Origin: Basidiobolus meristosporus CBS 931.73
Taxonomy: Eukaryota > Fungi > Basidiobolomycota
Length of the DNA: 64,000 nucleotides
Direction of reading: 5' to 3'
Assembly: GCA_002104905.1 (NCBI GenBank)
Contig: MCFE01000034.1
Span: 1-64,000, forward strand
Shown here: one piece after another, positions 23,201 to 38,200 of the stretch
How the letters are laid out: every line of letters begins with the position of its first letter
Numbering within the stretch: position 1 is the first letter of the stretch
Position numbers and translations under genes: made by a program
Notes under the pieces: generated by a model
What the model saw: the letters and a program-made list of their open reading frames with translations, nothing else
The model's database searches: none
Told to the model about the DNA's origin: nothing

Positions 23201-26200
23201 ACTCCGAGTGAGCAGGCTTCACAGACGATTCAATGCGGCTCCCACTGTGGACATGTTCAGTGGGCTTCTCTGAATGCGCTGATTTGTCCGAGTTGGTGTG
23301 AACTGACTTCGAAGGAGACTTGCCATGATCGGCAGATTTGGAGTGCTCGTTGTGCTGATCAGAATGAGATGATTCCCTGGGTACGTGCTCTGATTCTGAA
23401 TGAGTAGGCTTCACAGACGATTCTACATGGCTCTCACTGTGGACACGTTCAGTGGGCTTCTCTGAATGCGCTGATTTGATCGAATCGGTGTGGACTGTCT
23501 TCGAAGTTGGCATGTTATGATCAGCAGATTTGGAGTGCTCACTGGGCTCATCAGAATGCGATGTCTCTTTAGGTCTGTGCTCTGACTCCGAGTGGGTAGG
23601 CTTCGTGAATGAATCTACATGAGTTTGCGAGTGAATGTGCTCATTAGACTTATCAGAATGTGACGGTTCCTTGGGTTTGTGAACTGACTGCGAGTGAGTA
23701 GGCCTCACAGATGTGACAGCATGGCTTTGACTTTGAACGTGTTCGGTGGTCTCCTCAGAGTGAGATGAGTCTTCATGTTTGTGCACTGACTCCGAGTGAG
23801 TAGGCTTCACAGTCGAGTCAATATGGTTATCACTGTGGACATGTTCAGTGGGCTTCTCAGAATGAGCTGATTTTTCGAAATCGGTGTGAACTGACTTCAA
23901 AGTGGACTTGTATTGAGCAGCGGATTTGGAGTGCTCTCCGGACTTATCAGAATGAGATGTTTCCTTGCGTCTATGAACTGATTCCGAATGGGAAGGCTTC
24001 ACAGATGAGTCTACATGGGTTTTCGAGTGACTGTGTTCTGACTCCGAGCGGGTAGGCTTCACAGAGGAGTTAACGTGACTCTTACTGTAGACATGTTCTG
24101 TGGGCTTCTCAGAATGCGATAATTTATCGGACTCACTATGGGCTGACTTCGGTGTTGTTGTCTCGTGTTCAGCAGATGTAGAATAATCAGTGGACTTCTC
24201 CGAGTGAGACGGCTTCTTGGGTCCGTATTCTGACTCTGAACGAGTAGGCTTTGCTGTTGAGTCAACATGACTTTCACTGTGGGTATGTTCTGTTGGCTTC
24301 TCCGAATGTGATGATTTTACAGACTTAGTGTGGGCTGGCTTTAAAGTTGACATCTCGTGCGCAGCAGATTTCGTATGCTCACTGGAATTTTCGGAATGAG
24401 ACGACTTTACGGGTCTGCGTTCTGACTGTGTAGGCTTCACAGATGAGTGAACACGGCTCTCATGGTGGCTGCTTCCGGTAGGCTTCCCGGAATGCATTGA
24501 TGTTTCGGACACAGTGTGGGCCGGCTCCGAAGTAGTCATCTCGTGTTCAGTAGATTTCGAATGCTCAGTGGACTTCTCGGAGTAAGACGACTCCTTGGGA
24601 CCATGCTCTGACTCTGAGTGAGTAGTCTTCACAGATGATCCAATGTGAGTCTTACTGTGAGCCTTTTCCGTTGTCTTATCGTGATCAGCAGATTTCGAGC
24701 GCTCAGTTGGCTTCTCGGAATGAGACAACTCATTAGAACTGTAGGTAGGTATCAAATGCTCTGTAGGTTGTTCGGAGTGAGACGACTGCTTGGGTCTATG
24801 TTCTGACTCCGAGTGGGCAGGTTTCACCAAAGATCTAGTATGGCTTGCAATATGATGGTGCTCAGTGGACTTCTCAGATTGCGAGTGTTCCTTGTGTCTG
24901 CGCACTGACTCCGAGTGGGTAGGCTTCACAGACGACTCAATATGGCTCTCACTGTGTACATGCTCAGTGGGCTTCTCTGAGTGTGCCGATTCATCGGAAT
25001 TGATGTGAACTGACTTCGAAGTTGACTTGCCATGAGCTGCAGATTTGGAGTGCTTCCCGGGCTTATCAGAATGAGATGTTTCCTTGGGTCTGTGTTCCGA
25101 ATCCGAGTAAGTATGTTTTGTTGTGGAGTCTACATGGGTTTGCGAGTGTGCATGTTCTGTAGGATTCTCAGAATGGGATGGTACTTCGGAACCAGTGTGG
25201 GCTGACTTCGAAATTGTCATTGCATGTTCGGCAGATTTCGAATGCCCTATGGACTTCTCAGAGTGGGACGACTGCCTGGGTCTGCGTTCTGACTCTGAGT
25301 GAGTAGGCTTCACAGATGGAGCAATGCGGCTTTCACTGTGAGCCTTTGCTGTTGTCATATCGTGGCCAGCAGATTTGGAGTGCTCAGTTGGCTTCGCAGA
25401 AGGAGACGATTCATTAGAACTGCGGGTAGATTTCAAATGCTCAGTAGACTGTTCGGGGTGAGACGAATCCTTTGGACTGTGCTCTGACTCTGACTGTGTA
25501 GGCTTCACAGATGAGTTAACATGACTCTCACTGTGGGTGTGTTCGGTGGGCTTTTCGGAATGCAATGATTTTTCGGAGTCGGTGTGGGTTGGCTTCGAAG
25601 TAGTCTTTTCGTGTTCCACAGATTTTGAGTGCTCAGTTGACTTCTCAAGGTGCGAAGACTTTTGAGGTATATTGTGTGACTCGGATTGAGTAGGATTGCT
25701 CAAGGATTCAGTATGGCGGTCAATATGAGCGTGCTCAGTGGACTTCTTCGAGTGTGAGGATTCAGTGAGTCTGTGCTCAGACTTTGTGTGAATAGAATTC
25801 ACAGATGATTTGACATGGCTCTCACTGTGGACATGTTCAGTAGGCATTTCAGAATTAGCGGACTTGGGGAGAACCGACCTCGAAGTAAGCCTGCTATGAT
25901 CAGCAGATTTGGAGTGCTCCCTAGGCTTATCGGAATAAGATGATTCCCTTGGTCTGTGCTCTGACTCCGAATGAGTAGGCTTCATTGACGATTCTACATG
26001 GCTCTCACTGTGGACACGTTCTGTGGGCTTCTCTGAATGCACTGATTTGCTAGAATTGGTGTGAACTGACTTCGAAGTTGGCATATCATGATCGGTAGAT
26101 TTGGAGTGCTTGCTGAGCTTATGAGGAGATGATCCCCTGGTTCTGTGCACTGACTCCGAGTGAGTAGACTTCACAGATGAGTCTATATGTGTCTGTGAAT

Positions 26201-29200
26201 GAATGTGCTCAGTTGACTTCTCCGAGTGGGAGTGTACCTTGTGTCCGTGCTCCGACTCCGAATGAGTAGGCATCATTGATGATTCAATATGGCTATCACT
26301 GCGCACATGTTTAGCGGGCCTCGCTGAATGTGCTGATTTGTCATCACTGGTGTGAACTGACTTCGAAGTTGACTTGTCATGCTCAGCGGATTTGGAGTGT
26401 TCCCTGGGCCTGTCAGAACGAGATGAATCCTGGTGTCTGTGAACTGACTCCGAGTGGGAAGGCTTCATAGATGAGTCAATGTGGGTTTGCGAGTTTATAT
26501 GTTTTGACTCCGAGCGAGTAGGCTTCACAGAGGAGTTAACATGGCTCTCGCTGTGGAGACGTTCTGTGGGCTTCTCAGAATGAGCCGATTTATCGGAGGT
26601 GGTGTGAACCAATTTCGAAGTTGACTGGGCATTATCAGCAGATTTGGAGTGCTCACTGTGCTTATGAGAATGGGATGATTCCCTGGGCCTGTGCTCTGAT
26701 TCCGGGTGAGTAGACTTCGTGGATGAGTCTATATGGGTCAGTGAACGAATGTGCTCAGTGGACCTCTCCAAGTGAGAGTGTTCCTTGTGTCCGTGCTCTG
26801 ACTCCGAATGAGTAGGCTTCACGGACGATTCAATATGGCTATCACTGTGGACATATTTCGTGGGCTTCTCAGAATGTGCTGAGTTATCGGAAGTGGTGTG
26901 AGCCAATTTCGATGTTGACTGGACATGATCAGCAGATTCGGAGTGCACGCTGTGTTTATCAGAACGATATGAGTCCTTGTGTCTGTGTACTGACTCCGAG
27001 TGAGTAGGCTTCACAGATGAGTCCCAATGGGCTTGTGTGGGAGTACGCCTTGACTCCGAGTGGGTAGGCTTCGCTGAGGAGTCAACATGGCTCTCACTGC
27101 GCACATGTTTAGTGGGACTCGCTGGATGCGCTGATTTGCCATCACTGGTGTGAACTGACTTCGAAGTTGACTTGTCATGATCAGCGGATTTGGAGTGTTC
27201 CCTGGGCCTGTCAGAACGAGATGAATCCTGGTGTCTGTGAACTGACTCCGAGTGGGAAGGCTTCACAGATGGGCTAACACGGCTTTGCGAGTTTATGTGT
27301 TTTGACTCCGAGCGAGTAGGCTTCACAGAGGAGTTAACATGGCTCTCGCTGTGGAGACGTTCTGTGGGCTTCTCAGAATGAGCCGATTTATCGGAGGTGG
27401 TGTGAACCAATTTCGAAGTTGACTGGACATTATCAGCAGATTTGGAGTGCTCACTGTGCTTATGAGAATGGGATGATTCCCTGGGCCTGTGCTCTGACTC
27501 CGGGTGAGTAGACTTCGTGGATGAGTCTATATGGGTCAGTGAACGAATGTGCTCAGTGGACCTCTCCAAGTGAGAGTGTTCCTTGTGTCCATGTTTCGAC
27601 TCCGAATGAGTAGGCTCAGAATGCGCTGAGTTATCGGAAGTGGTGTGAACCAATATCGAAGCTGACTTGACATGATCAGCAGATTTCGAGTGTTCGTTGG
27701 GTTTATCAGAGTAAGATGATTCTCTGTGTCTGTGCTCTGATTCCGAATCAGTAGGCTTCACAGTCGATTTTACATGGCTCTCACTGTGAATATGTTGAGT
27801 AGGCTTCTCAGAATGCACTGATTTATGTGAATTGGTGTGAACTGACTTCGAAGTTGACTTGTCTCGGTCAGCAGATTTAGAGTGTTCGTTGGGTTTATGA
27901 GAAAGAGATGATTCCCAGTGTTTGTGCTCTGACTCCGAGTGGGTAGGCTTCACCGACGATTCACTGTGGCTCTCACTGCGCACATGTCCAGTAGGCTTCT
28001 CTGAATGCGCTGATCTGCTAGAATACGAATGAACTCCATTCGAAGTTGACTTTCTGTGATCAGCAGATTTTGAGTGCTCCCCGGGCTTATCTGAGTGCGA
28101 GTGTTCCTGATGTCTGTGCACTGACTCGGAGTGAATAGACTTCACAGATGTTTCAATATGGCTCTCACTGTGGATACGTTCAGTAGGCTTCTCTGAGTGC
28201 GCTGATTTGATAGAATTGGTGTGAACCAATTTCGATGTTGACCTGACGTGATCAGCAGATTTGGAGGTCTCGCTGTGCTTATCAGAGTGGGATAATTCCC
28301 TGTGTCTGGGCTCTGACGCCGAATGAGTAGGCTTCCCAGACGATGCAGTATGGCTATTACTGTGGACATGTTCAGTACGCTTCTCTGATTGCGCTGATTT
28401 GCCAGAATCGGTGTGGATCGGCTTGGAAGTTGTCTTTGTGTGTTCAGGTGATATCTCAGACTGAGACGACTCTATATGCCTTTGCTTTGACTCTGAGTGC
28501 CATGGTTCCTTGGACCTATGTTCTGACTCCGAGTGCGCAGATTTCACAGAGGATCCATCGTGGCTTACGCTGGGAATATGTTCTGTGGGCATCTTAGAGT
28601 GCGGCGGCTCCTTGGATTTGTGCTCCGCCTCCGAGTGTGTAGGCTTTACCAAGGATTCAGTATGGCTTGTATCATGAATGTGCTGAGTGGACTTCTCAGA
28701 GCGAGACGATTCCTTGGGTCTGTACTCTGACTCCGAGTGAGTACGCATCACAGATGAGTCAACATGGCTCTCACTATGGGCGCGTGCTGATGGCTTCTCC
28801 GAATGCCGTGACATTTCGGAGTTAGTGTGGGCTGATTTCGAAGTTATCATCTCGTGTTCCGCAGATTTTGAGTGCTCAGTTGACTTCTCAAGGTGTGAAG
28901 ACCACTTAGATCTGTGTTCCGACTCTGCGTGGGTAGGCTTTACAGACGATCCAATATGGCTATCGCTGTGGACATGTTTCGTGGGCCTCTCTGAATGCGC
29001 TGATTTGATAGAATTGGTGTGAACTGACTTCGAAGGAGACTTGCCATGATCGGCAGATTTGGAGTGCTCGTTGTGCTGATCAGAATGAGATGATTCCCTG
29101 GGTACGTGCTCTGATTCCGAATGAGTAGGCTTCACAGACGATTCTTCGTGGCTCTCACTGTGGACACGTTCAGTGGGCTTCTCTGAATGCGCTGATTTGA

Positions 29201-32200
29201 TCGAATCGGTGTGGACTGTCTTCGAAGTTGGGATGTCATGATCAGCAGATTTAGAGTGCCTGCTGGGCTTATCAGAGTGGGAAGATTCCCTGGGTCTGTG
29301 CTCTGACCCCGAATGAGTAGGCTTCATTGACGATTCTTCGTGGCTCTCACTGTGAATACGTTCAGTGGGCTTCTCTGAATGCGTCGCTGATTTGTCAGAA
29401 TCGGTGTGGACTGACTTTGAAGTTGACTTGCCATGATCAGCAGACTTGGAGTGCTCGCTGTGCTCATCAGAGTGGAAAGATTCCCTGGGTCTGTGCTCTG
29501 AATCCACATTTGTAGGCTTCATTGACGATTCTACATGGCTCTCACTGTGGACATGTTCGGTGGGCTTTTCCGAACGCGCTGAACTGCTAGAATAGGTGCG
29601 GACTGACTTTGAAGTTGTCGTGTTATGATCAGCAGATTTGGGGTGCTTGCTGGGCTTATCAGAGTGAGATGATTCCCTGTGTCTGGGCTCTGACTCTGAG
29701 TGAGTAGACTTTACAGACGATGCAATATGGCTGTTACTACGGACACGTTCAGTAGGCTTCTCTGAATGCGCTGGTTTGTTAGAATCGGTGTGGATTGACT
29801 TTGAAGTTGACTTGCCATGATCAGCAGACTTGGAGTGCTCGCCGTTCTTATCAGAGTGAGATGATTCCACATGTCTGTGCTCGGACTCCGAATGAGTAGG
29901 CTCCACAGACGATTCTACATGGCTCTCACTGTGGGCACGTTCAGTGGGATTCTCTGATTGTGCTGATTTGCCAGAATTGGTGTGGACTGACTTCGAAGTT
30001 GGTATGTTATGATCAGCAGATTTGGAGTGCTCGCCGTTCTTATCAGAGTGAGATGATTCCTTATGTCTGCGCACTGACTCCGAATGAGTAGGCTTCATTG
30101 ACGACTCTTCGTGGCTCTCACTGTGAACACGTTTAGTGGGCTTCTCTGAATGCGCCGCTGATTTGTCAGAATCGGTGTGGACTGACTTCGAAGTTGGCAT
30201 GTCATGATCAGCAGATTTAGAGTGCCTGCTGGGCTTATCAGAGTGAGATGATTCCCTGGGTCTGTGCTCTGACCCCGAATAAGTAGGCTTCATTGACGAT
30301 TCTTCGTGGCTCTCACTGTGAATACGTTCAGTGGGCTTCTCTGAATGCGCCGCTGATTTGTCAGAATCGGTGTGGACTGACTTTGAAGTTGACTTGCGAT
30401 GATCAGCAGACTTGGAGTGCTCGCCGTTTTTATCAGAGTGGGAAGATTCCCTGGGTCTGTGCTCTGAATCCACATGTGTAGGCTTCATTGACGATTCTTC
30501 GTGGCTCTCACTGTGGACATGTTCAGTGGGCTTTTCCGAACGCGCTGATCTGCTAGAATAGGTGCGGACTGACTTTGAAGTTGTCGTGTTATGATCAACA
30601 GATTTGGGGTGCTTGCTGGGCTTATCAGAGTGAGATGATTCCCTGTGTCTGGGCTCTGACTCTGAGTGAGTAGACTTTACAAACGATGCATTATGGCTGT
30701 TACTGCGGACACGTTCAGTAGGCTTCTCTGAATGCGCTGGTTTGTTAGAATCGGTGTGAACTGACCTCGAAGTTGGCATGCTATGGTCAGTAGATTTGTA
30801 GTGCTCGCTGTGCTTACCAGAGTGAGATGATTCCACATGTCTGTGCTCGGACTCCGAATGAGTAGGCTCCACAGACGATTCTACATGGCTCTCACTGTGG
30901 GCACGTTCAGTGGGCTTCTCTGATTGTGCTGATTTGCCAGAATCGGTGTGGACTGACTTCGAAGTTGGCATGTCATGATCAGCAGATTTAGAGTGCCTGC
31001 TGGGCTTATCAGAGTGAGATGATTCCCTGTGTCTGGGCTCTGACTCTGAGTGAGTAGACTTTACAGACGATGCAATATGGCTGTTACTACGGACACGTTC
31101 AGTAGGCTTCTCTGAATGCGCTGGTTTGTTAGAATCGGTGTGGACTGACTTTGAAGTTGACTTGCCATGATCAGCAGACTTGGAGTGCTCGCCGTTCTTA
31201 TCAGAGTGAGATGATTCCATATGTCTGTGCTCGGACTCCGAATGAGTAGGCTCCACAGACGATTCTACATGGCTCTCACTGTGGGCACGTTCAGTGGGCT
31301 TCTCTGATTGTGCTGATTTGCCAGAATTGGTGTGGACTAACTTCGAAGTTGGTATGTTATGATCAGCAGATTTGGAGTGCTCGCCGTTCTTATCAGAGTG
31401 AGATGATTCCTTATGTCTGCGCACTGACTCCGAATGAGTAGGCTTCATTGACGATTCTTCGTGGCTCTCACTGTGAACACGTTCAGTGGGCTTCTCTGAA
31501 TGCGCCGCTGATTTGTCAGAATCGGTGTGGACTGACTTCGAAGTTGGCATGTCATGATCAGCAGATTTAGAGTGCCTGCTGGGCTTATCAGAGTGAGATG
31601 ATTCCCTGGGTACGTGCTCTGACCCCGAATGAGTAGGCTTCATTGACGATTCTTCGTGGCTGTCACTGTGAATACGTTCAGTGGGCTTCTCTGAATGCGC
31701 CGCTGATTTGTCAGAATCGGTGTGGACTGACTTTGAAGTTGACTTGCGATGATCAGCAGACTTGGAGTGCTCGCCGTTCTTATCAGAGTGGGAAGATTCC
31801 CTGGGTCTGTGCTCTGAATCCACATGTGTAGGCTTCATTGACGATTCTTCGTGGCTCTCACTGTGGACATGTTCAGTGGGCTTTTCCGAACGCGCTGATC
31901 TGCTAGAATAGGTGCGGACTGACTTTGAAGTTGTCGTGTTATGATCAGCAGATTTGGGGTGCTTGCTGGGCTTTTCAGAGTGAGATGATTCCCTGTGTCT
32001 GGGCTCTGACTCTGAGTGAGTAGACTTTACAAGCGATGCATTATGGCTGTTACTGCGGACACGTTCAGTAGGCTTCTCTGAATGTGCTGGTTTGTTAGAA
32101 TCGGTGTGAACTGACCTCGAAGTTGGCATGCTATGGTCAGTAGATTTGTAGTGCTCGCTGTGCTTACCAGAGTGAGATGATTCCACATGTCTGTGCTCGG

Positions 32201-35200
32201 ACTCCGAATGAGTAGGCTCCACAGACGATTCTACATGGCTCTCACTGTGGGCACGTTCAGTGGGCTTCTCTGATTGTGCTGATTTGCCAGAATTGGTGTG
32301 GACTGTGTTTGAAGTTGGCATGTCATGATCAGCAGATTTATAGTGCCTGCTGGGCTTATCGGATTGCGAGTGTTCCTTATGTCTGCGCACTGACTCCGAA
32401 TGAGTAGGCTTCATTGACGATTCTTCGTGGCTCTCACTGTGAACACGTTCAGTGGGCTTCTCTGAATGCGCCGCTGATTTGTCAGAATCGGTGTGGACTG
32501 ACTTCGAAGTTGGCATGCCATGATCAGCAGATTTAGAGTGCCTGCTGGGCTTATCAGAGTGAGATGATTCCATATGTCTGTGCTCCGACTCCGAGTGAGT
32601 AGACTTCACAGATGATTCAATATGGCTATCACCGTGGACATGTTCAGTGGGCTTCGCTGAATGTGCTGAATTGTCAGAATTGGTGGGAACTGACTTGGGA
32701 GTTGACCTGTCATCAGCTGCAGATTTGGAGTGATCGCTGGGATTATTAGAATGTGATGATCCTCTAGCTCTGTGTTCTGACTCCGAGTGTGTAGGCTTCA
32801 TAGATGAGTCCATATGGGTTTGTGAATGAACATGTTCAGTTGACCTCTCCGAGTGGGAGTGTTCCTTGTGTCTGTGCTCTGACTCCGAATGAGTAGGCTT
32901 CACGGACGATTCAATATGGCTATCACTGTGGACATATTTCGTGGGCTTCTCAGAATGTGCTGAGTTATCGGAAGTGGTGTGAGCCAATTTCGATGTTGAC
33001 TGGACATGATCAGCAGATTCGGAGTGCACGCTGTGTTTATCAGAATGATATGAGTCCTTGTGTCTGTGTACTGACTCCGAGTGAGTAGGCTTCACAGATG
33101 AGTCCCAATGGGCTTGCGTGGGAGTATGCCTTGACTCCGAGTGGGTAGGCTTCGCCGAGGAGTCAACATGGCTCTCACTGCGCACATGTTTAGTGGGACT
33201 CGCTGGATGCGCTGATTTGCCATCACTGGTGTGAACTGACTTCGAAGTTGACTTGTCATGATCAGCGGATTTGGAGTGTTCCCTGGGCCTGTCAGAACGA
33301 GATGAATCCTGGTGTCTGTGAACTGACTCCGAGTGGGAAGGCTTCATAGATGAGTCAATGTGGGTTTGCGAGTTTATGTGTTTTGACTCCGAGCGAGTAG
33401 ACTTCACAGAGGAGTTAACATGGCTCTCGCTGTGGAGACGTTCTGTGGGCGTCTCAGAATGAGCCGATTTATCGGAGGTGGTGTGAACCAATTTCGATGT
33501 TGACTGGACATTATCAGCAGATTTGGAGTGCTCACTGTGCTTATGAGAATGGGATGATTCCCTGGGCCTGTGCTCTGACTCCGGGTGAGTAGACTTCGTG
33601 GATGAGTCTATATGGGTCAGTGAACGAATGTGCTCAGTGGACCTCTCCAAGTGAGAGTGTTCCTTGCGTCCATGTTCCGACTCCGAATGAGTAGGCTCAG
33701 AATGCGCTGAGTTATCGGAAGTGGTGTGAACCAATTTCGATGTTGGCATGCCATGATCAGCAGATTTAGAGTGCCTGCTGGGCTTATCAGAGTGAGATGA
33801 TTCCATATGTCTGTGCTCCGACTCCGAGTGAGTAGACTTCACAGATGATTCAATATTGCTATCACTGTGGACATGTTCAGTGGGCTTCGCTGAATGTGCT
33901 GAATTGTCAGAATTGGTGGGAACTGACTTGGGAGTTGACCTGTCATCAGCTGCAGATTTGGAGTGATCGCTGGGATTATTAGAATGTGATGATCCTCTAG
34001 CTCTGTGCTCTGACTCCGAGTGTGTAGATTTCACAAATGAGCTAATATGACTTTCACTATGAGCGTGTTCGGTGGACTCTTCCGAACGCGAAGGTTTTTG
34101 GGACTCACTGTAGGTTGGCTTCGAAGTAGCTTTATGGTGGTCAGCAGATTTCGAGTGCTCAGTGGACTTTTCAAGATGTGAAGACTTCTTAGATCTGTGC
34201 TCTGACTCCGAATGAATAGGCTTTACAGATGAGTAAATGTGACTATAACTATGGGCGCGTCCGGTGGACTTCTCCGAATGGGGTGATTTGTCGGACTCTG
34301 TATGAGCTGGCTTTGAAGTTATCTTTTCATGTTTAGCGGATTTGTACGATTTTTCGGGTCGGGTGTGCATGGACATCGAAGTCGACTCGCCGTGATAAGT
34401 GGACTTGAGGGGCTCAATGGACTTTTGACTATCAGATGACCCAGGAGATTTGATATGCTTAGTAGGCTTTTCTGAGTAGGATGACTCTCTATGTCCTTGT
34501 TCGGACTTCGAGTGTTTAGACCTAACAGATGATTCAGGGTGTCTGTCACTGTGGGCGCGTTCGGTGGGCTTTGCGGAATGTGTTGATTTTTCGGACTTGG
34601 TGCGGTCTGGCCTCAAAGTTGGCATCTCATGTTTAGCAGATTTTGAATGGTCAGTTGGCTTCTCGTAGTGGGACGATTCCCTGGGCCTGTGCTCCGACTC
34701 TGTGTGGCTAGCCTTCACTGTTGAGTCAACGTGACTTTGTGAGCGAACGTTTTCTGTAGTCTTCTTCGAACGCGATGATTTTTCGGGCTCAGTGTGTACT
34801 GGCTTCGAGGTTACTTTATGGTGGGCAGCAGACTTTGAGTGCTCAGTGGGCTTGTCCAGATGCGAAGACTCCTTAGATCTGTGCTCTGACTCCGAATGAA
34901 TAGGCTTTACAGATGAGTCAACGTGGCTATCACTATGGGCGCGTTCGGTGGGCTTCTCCGAATGTGATGATTTGTCGGACCCTGTGTGGGCTGGCTTCGA
35001 AGTTGTCTTTTCGTGCTCAGCAGATTTCGAGTACTTAGTGGAATTCTCGTAGTGAGACGGCTCTTTGGGTCTGTGATCAGAATTGGAGTAACTAGGCCTC
35101 ACAGATGAGTTAATGTGACTCTCAGTGTGGATGTGTTCCGTGGGTTTCTCAGTATGCGATGATTTTTCGGATTTTGTGTAGTCTGGCTTCGAAGTTGTCT

Positions 35201-38200
35201 TGACGTGTTCAGCAGATTTCGAGTGCTCAGTGGATTTCTCAGAGTGAGACAATTCCTTCGACTTGTGCTCGGATTCCGAGTGTGTAGGCTTCACAAATGA
35301 GCTAATATGACTTCCACTGTGAGTGTGTTCGGTGGGCTTCGCAGTTTTATCTGCATTTTCGGACTCACTGTGGACGGACTTTGAAGTTGAACTATCGTGA
35401 TGTAGAGATTGGGAGCGTCCTGTTGATTTGTTAGTATGTGACATTTCCTTAGATTGGCTTACCGACGCTGAGTGTTGAGCCTTCACAGATGATTTAACGT
35501 GGCTTTCAATGGGAGTTCGACCGGTAGGGTTTTCTGAAGGTGATAATTTCTGAGACTGACTGTGCACTGGCTTCGTAGTTGTCTTGTCATGGCCTTGAGA
35601 TTTATAGTGTTCAGTTGGCTTCTCGGAGTGGGACAACGATGAGTCAATATGGCTTTCATTATGAATATGCTCGGTGGACTTCTCAGAGTGCGATGATTTC
35701 TTGTGTCTGTGTTCTGACTCCGAAGGAGTATGTCTCACAGATGAGGCAACATTGCTTTCACTTTGAACATGTTCGGTTGTCTTCTTAGAGTGCGACGATT
35801 CCTTCGGTATGCGCTCTGACTCCGAGTGAGTAGGCTTCACAGACGATTCAATGTGGCTCTCACTGTGAATATGCTCCGTAGACTCAGTGTGGGCTGGCTT
35901 GGAAGTTGTCTTCTTATGTTCAGAAGATTGTGAATGCTCAGAATGAGATGATATCCCATGGCTGTGTTCTGACTTCAAATGAGTAGGTTTCACAGACGAG
36001 CCAAGGTGACTTTTACTGTGGGCACGTTCGGTGGGCTTCTCCGTATACGATGATTTCTGAGACTCCCTGTGGATCGGCTTGGAAGTTGTCTTTGTGTGTT
36101 CAGGTGATATCTCAGACTGAGACGACTCTATATGCCTTTGCTTTGACTCTGAGTGCCATGGTTCCTTGGACCTATGTTCTGACTCTGAGTGCGCAGATTT
36201 CACAGAGGATCCATCGTGGCTTACGCTGGGAATATGTTCTGTGGGCTTCTTAGAGTGCGGCGGCTCCTTGGATTTGTGCTCCGCCTCCGAGTGTGTAGGC
36301 TTTACCAAGGATTCAGTATGGCTTGTATCATGAATGTACTGAGTGGACTTCTCAGAGCGAGACGATTCCTTGGGTCTGTACTCTGACTCCGAGTGAGTAC
36401 GCATCACAGATGAGTCAACATGGCTCTCACTATGGGCGCGTGCTGATGGCTTCACCGAATGCCGTGACATTTCGGAGTTAGTGTGGGCTGATTTCGAAGT
36501 TATCATCTCGTGTTCCGCAGATTTTGAGTGCTCAGTTGACTTCTCAAGGTGTGAAGACCACTTAGATCTGTGTTCCGACTCTGCGTGGGTAGGCTTTACA
36601 GACGATCCAATATGGCTATCGCTGTGGACATGTTTCGTGGGCCTCTCTGAATGCGCTGATTTGATAGAATTGGTGTGGACTGACTTCGAAGGAGACTTGC
36701 CATGATCGGCAGATTTGGAGTGCTCGTTGTGCTGATCAGAATGAGATGATTCCCTGGGTACGTGCTCTGATTCCGAATGAGTAGGCTTCACAGACGATTC
36801 TTCGTGGCTCTCACTGTGAACACGTTCAGTGGGCTTCTCTGAATGCGCTGATTTGCCAGAATCGGTGTGGACTGTCTTCGAAGTTGGTATGTTATGATCA
36901 GCAGATTTAGAGTGCCTGCTGGGCTTATCAGAGTGGGAAGATTCCCTGTGTCTGTGCTCTGACCCCGAATGAGTAGGCTTCATTGACGATTCTTCGTGGC
37001 TCTCACTGTGAATACGTTCAGTGGGCTTCTCTGAATGCGCCGCTGATTTGTCAGAATCGGTGTGGACTGTCTTCGAAGTTGGCATGTTATGATTAGCAGA
37101 TTTAGAGTGCCTGCTGTGCTTATCAGAGTGAGATGATTCCCTGGGTCTGTGCACTGACTCCGAATGAGTAGGCTTTACTGATGAGTTAATGTTGCTCTTA
37201 CTGTGAATGTGCTCCGTTGGCTTCTCAGAATGCGATGATTTGTAGGACTCGGTGTGAACTGGCTTCGAAGTAGACTTACCGTGGTCGTCAGACTTGGTGT
37301 GCTCACTGGGCTTCTCAGAGTGTGACTTCGAAGACGCCTTATCGTGATCAGGAGATTTAGTGTGCTCGGGGGTCTTCTCAGTGTCAGAAGACTCCATAGA
37401 TCTGTGCCCGGACTCCGAGTAAGTATGCTTCACAGATGAGGTAGCGTGGCTTTCACTTTGAACGTGTTCAGGGGTCTTCCTAGAATGCAACGATGTTACG
37501 GACTTGGTGCGAGCTGGCTGCGAAGCTGTCATTTCGTGATCAGCAGATTTCGAGTGCGCATTGGACTTTTCATAGTGAGAGGTTTCTTTGGACCTGTATT
37601 CTGACTCCGAGTGTGAAGGCTTCACAGATGAGACAACATGGTTTTCGCTTTGAACGTGTTCTGTTGGCTTCGCAGGCTGCGATGATATTCCATGCTCAGT
37701 GTGTACTGGCTTCGAGGTTACTTTATGGTGGGCAGCAGACTTTGAGTGCTCAGTGGGCTTGTCCAGATGCGAAGACTCCTTAGATCTGTGCTCTGACTCC
37801 GAATGAATAGGCTTCACAGATGAGTCAACGTGGCTTTCAGTACGAGTGTGGCCGGTAGGCTTCTCGGATGACAACAATTTACTTGACTCAGGATGCGTTG
37901 TCTTCAGCGACGACTTATCGTGATGTTGGGACTGAGGGTGCTTGGTTGGCACATCAGATTGAGACGGCTCTTTGTGTCTATGTATCGACCCCGAGTGAGT
38001 AGGCTTGAGAGGAGAATCAACGTGATTTTCACTGCGAATGTGGTTTATGGATTTTTCAGATGGTGATACCGTTCCGGACGCCTTGTGGACTGGCTTCGAC
38101 GATGGGCTATCGTGATCTGAAGTTTCGTGGCGCCTAGTGGGCTTTTCAGAGTGAGACGACTGCTTCACCGATGATTCAGTATGACTTTCATTATGAATGT

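Noticed and set aside
21471-36705. A master 3828-bp period, since 7656 = 2 x 3828
   Set aside because: Other duplicated blocks have unrelated offsets (798, 966, 1233, 1350, 5721). Both numbers are close to multiples of the ~192-bp unit, so coincidence is likely; autocorrelation would settle it.
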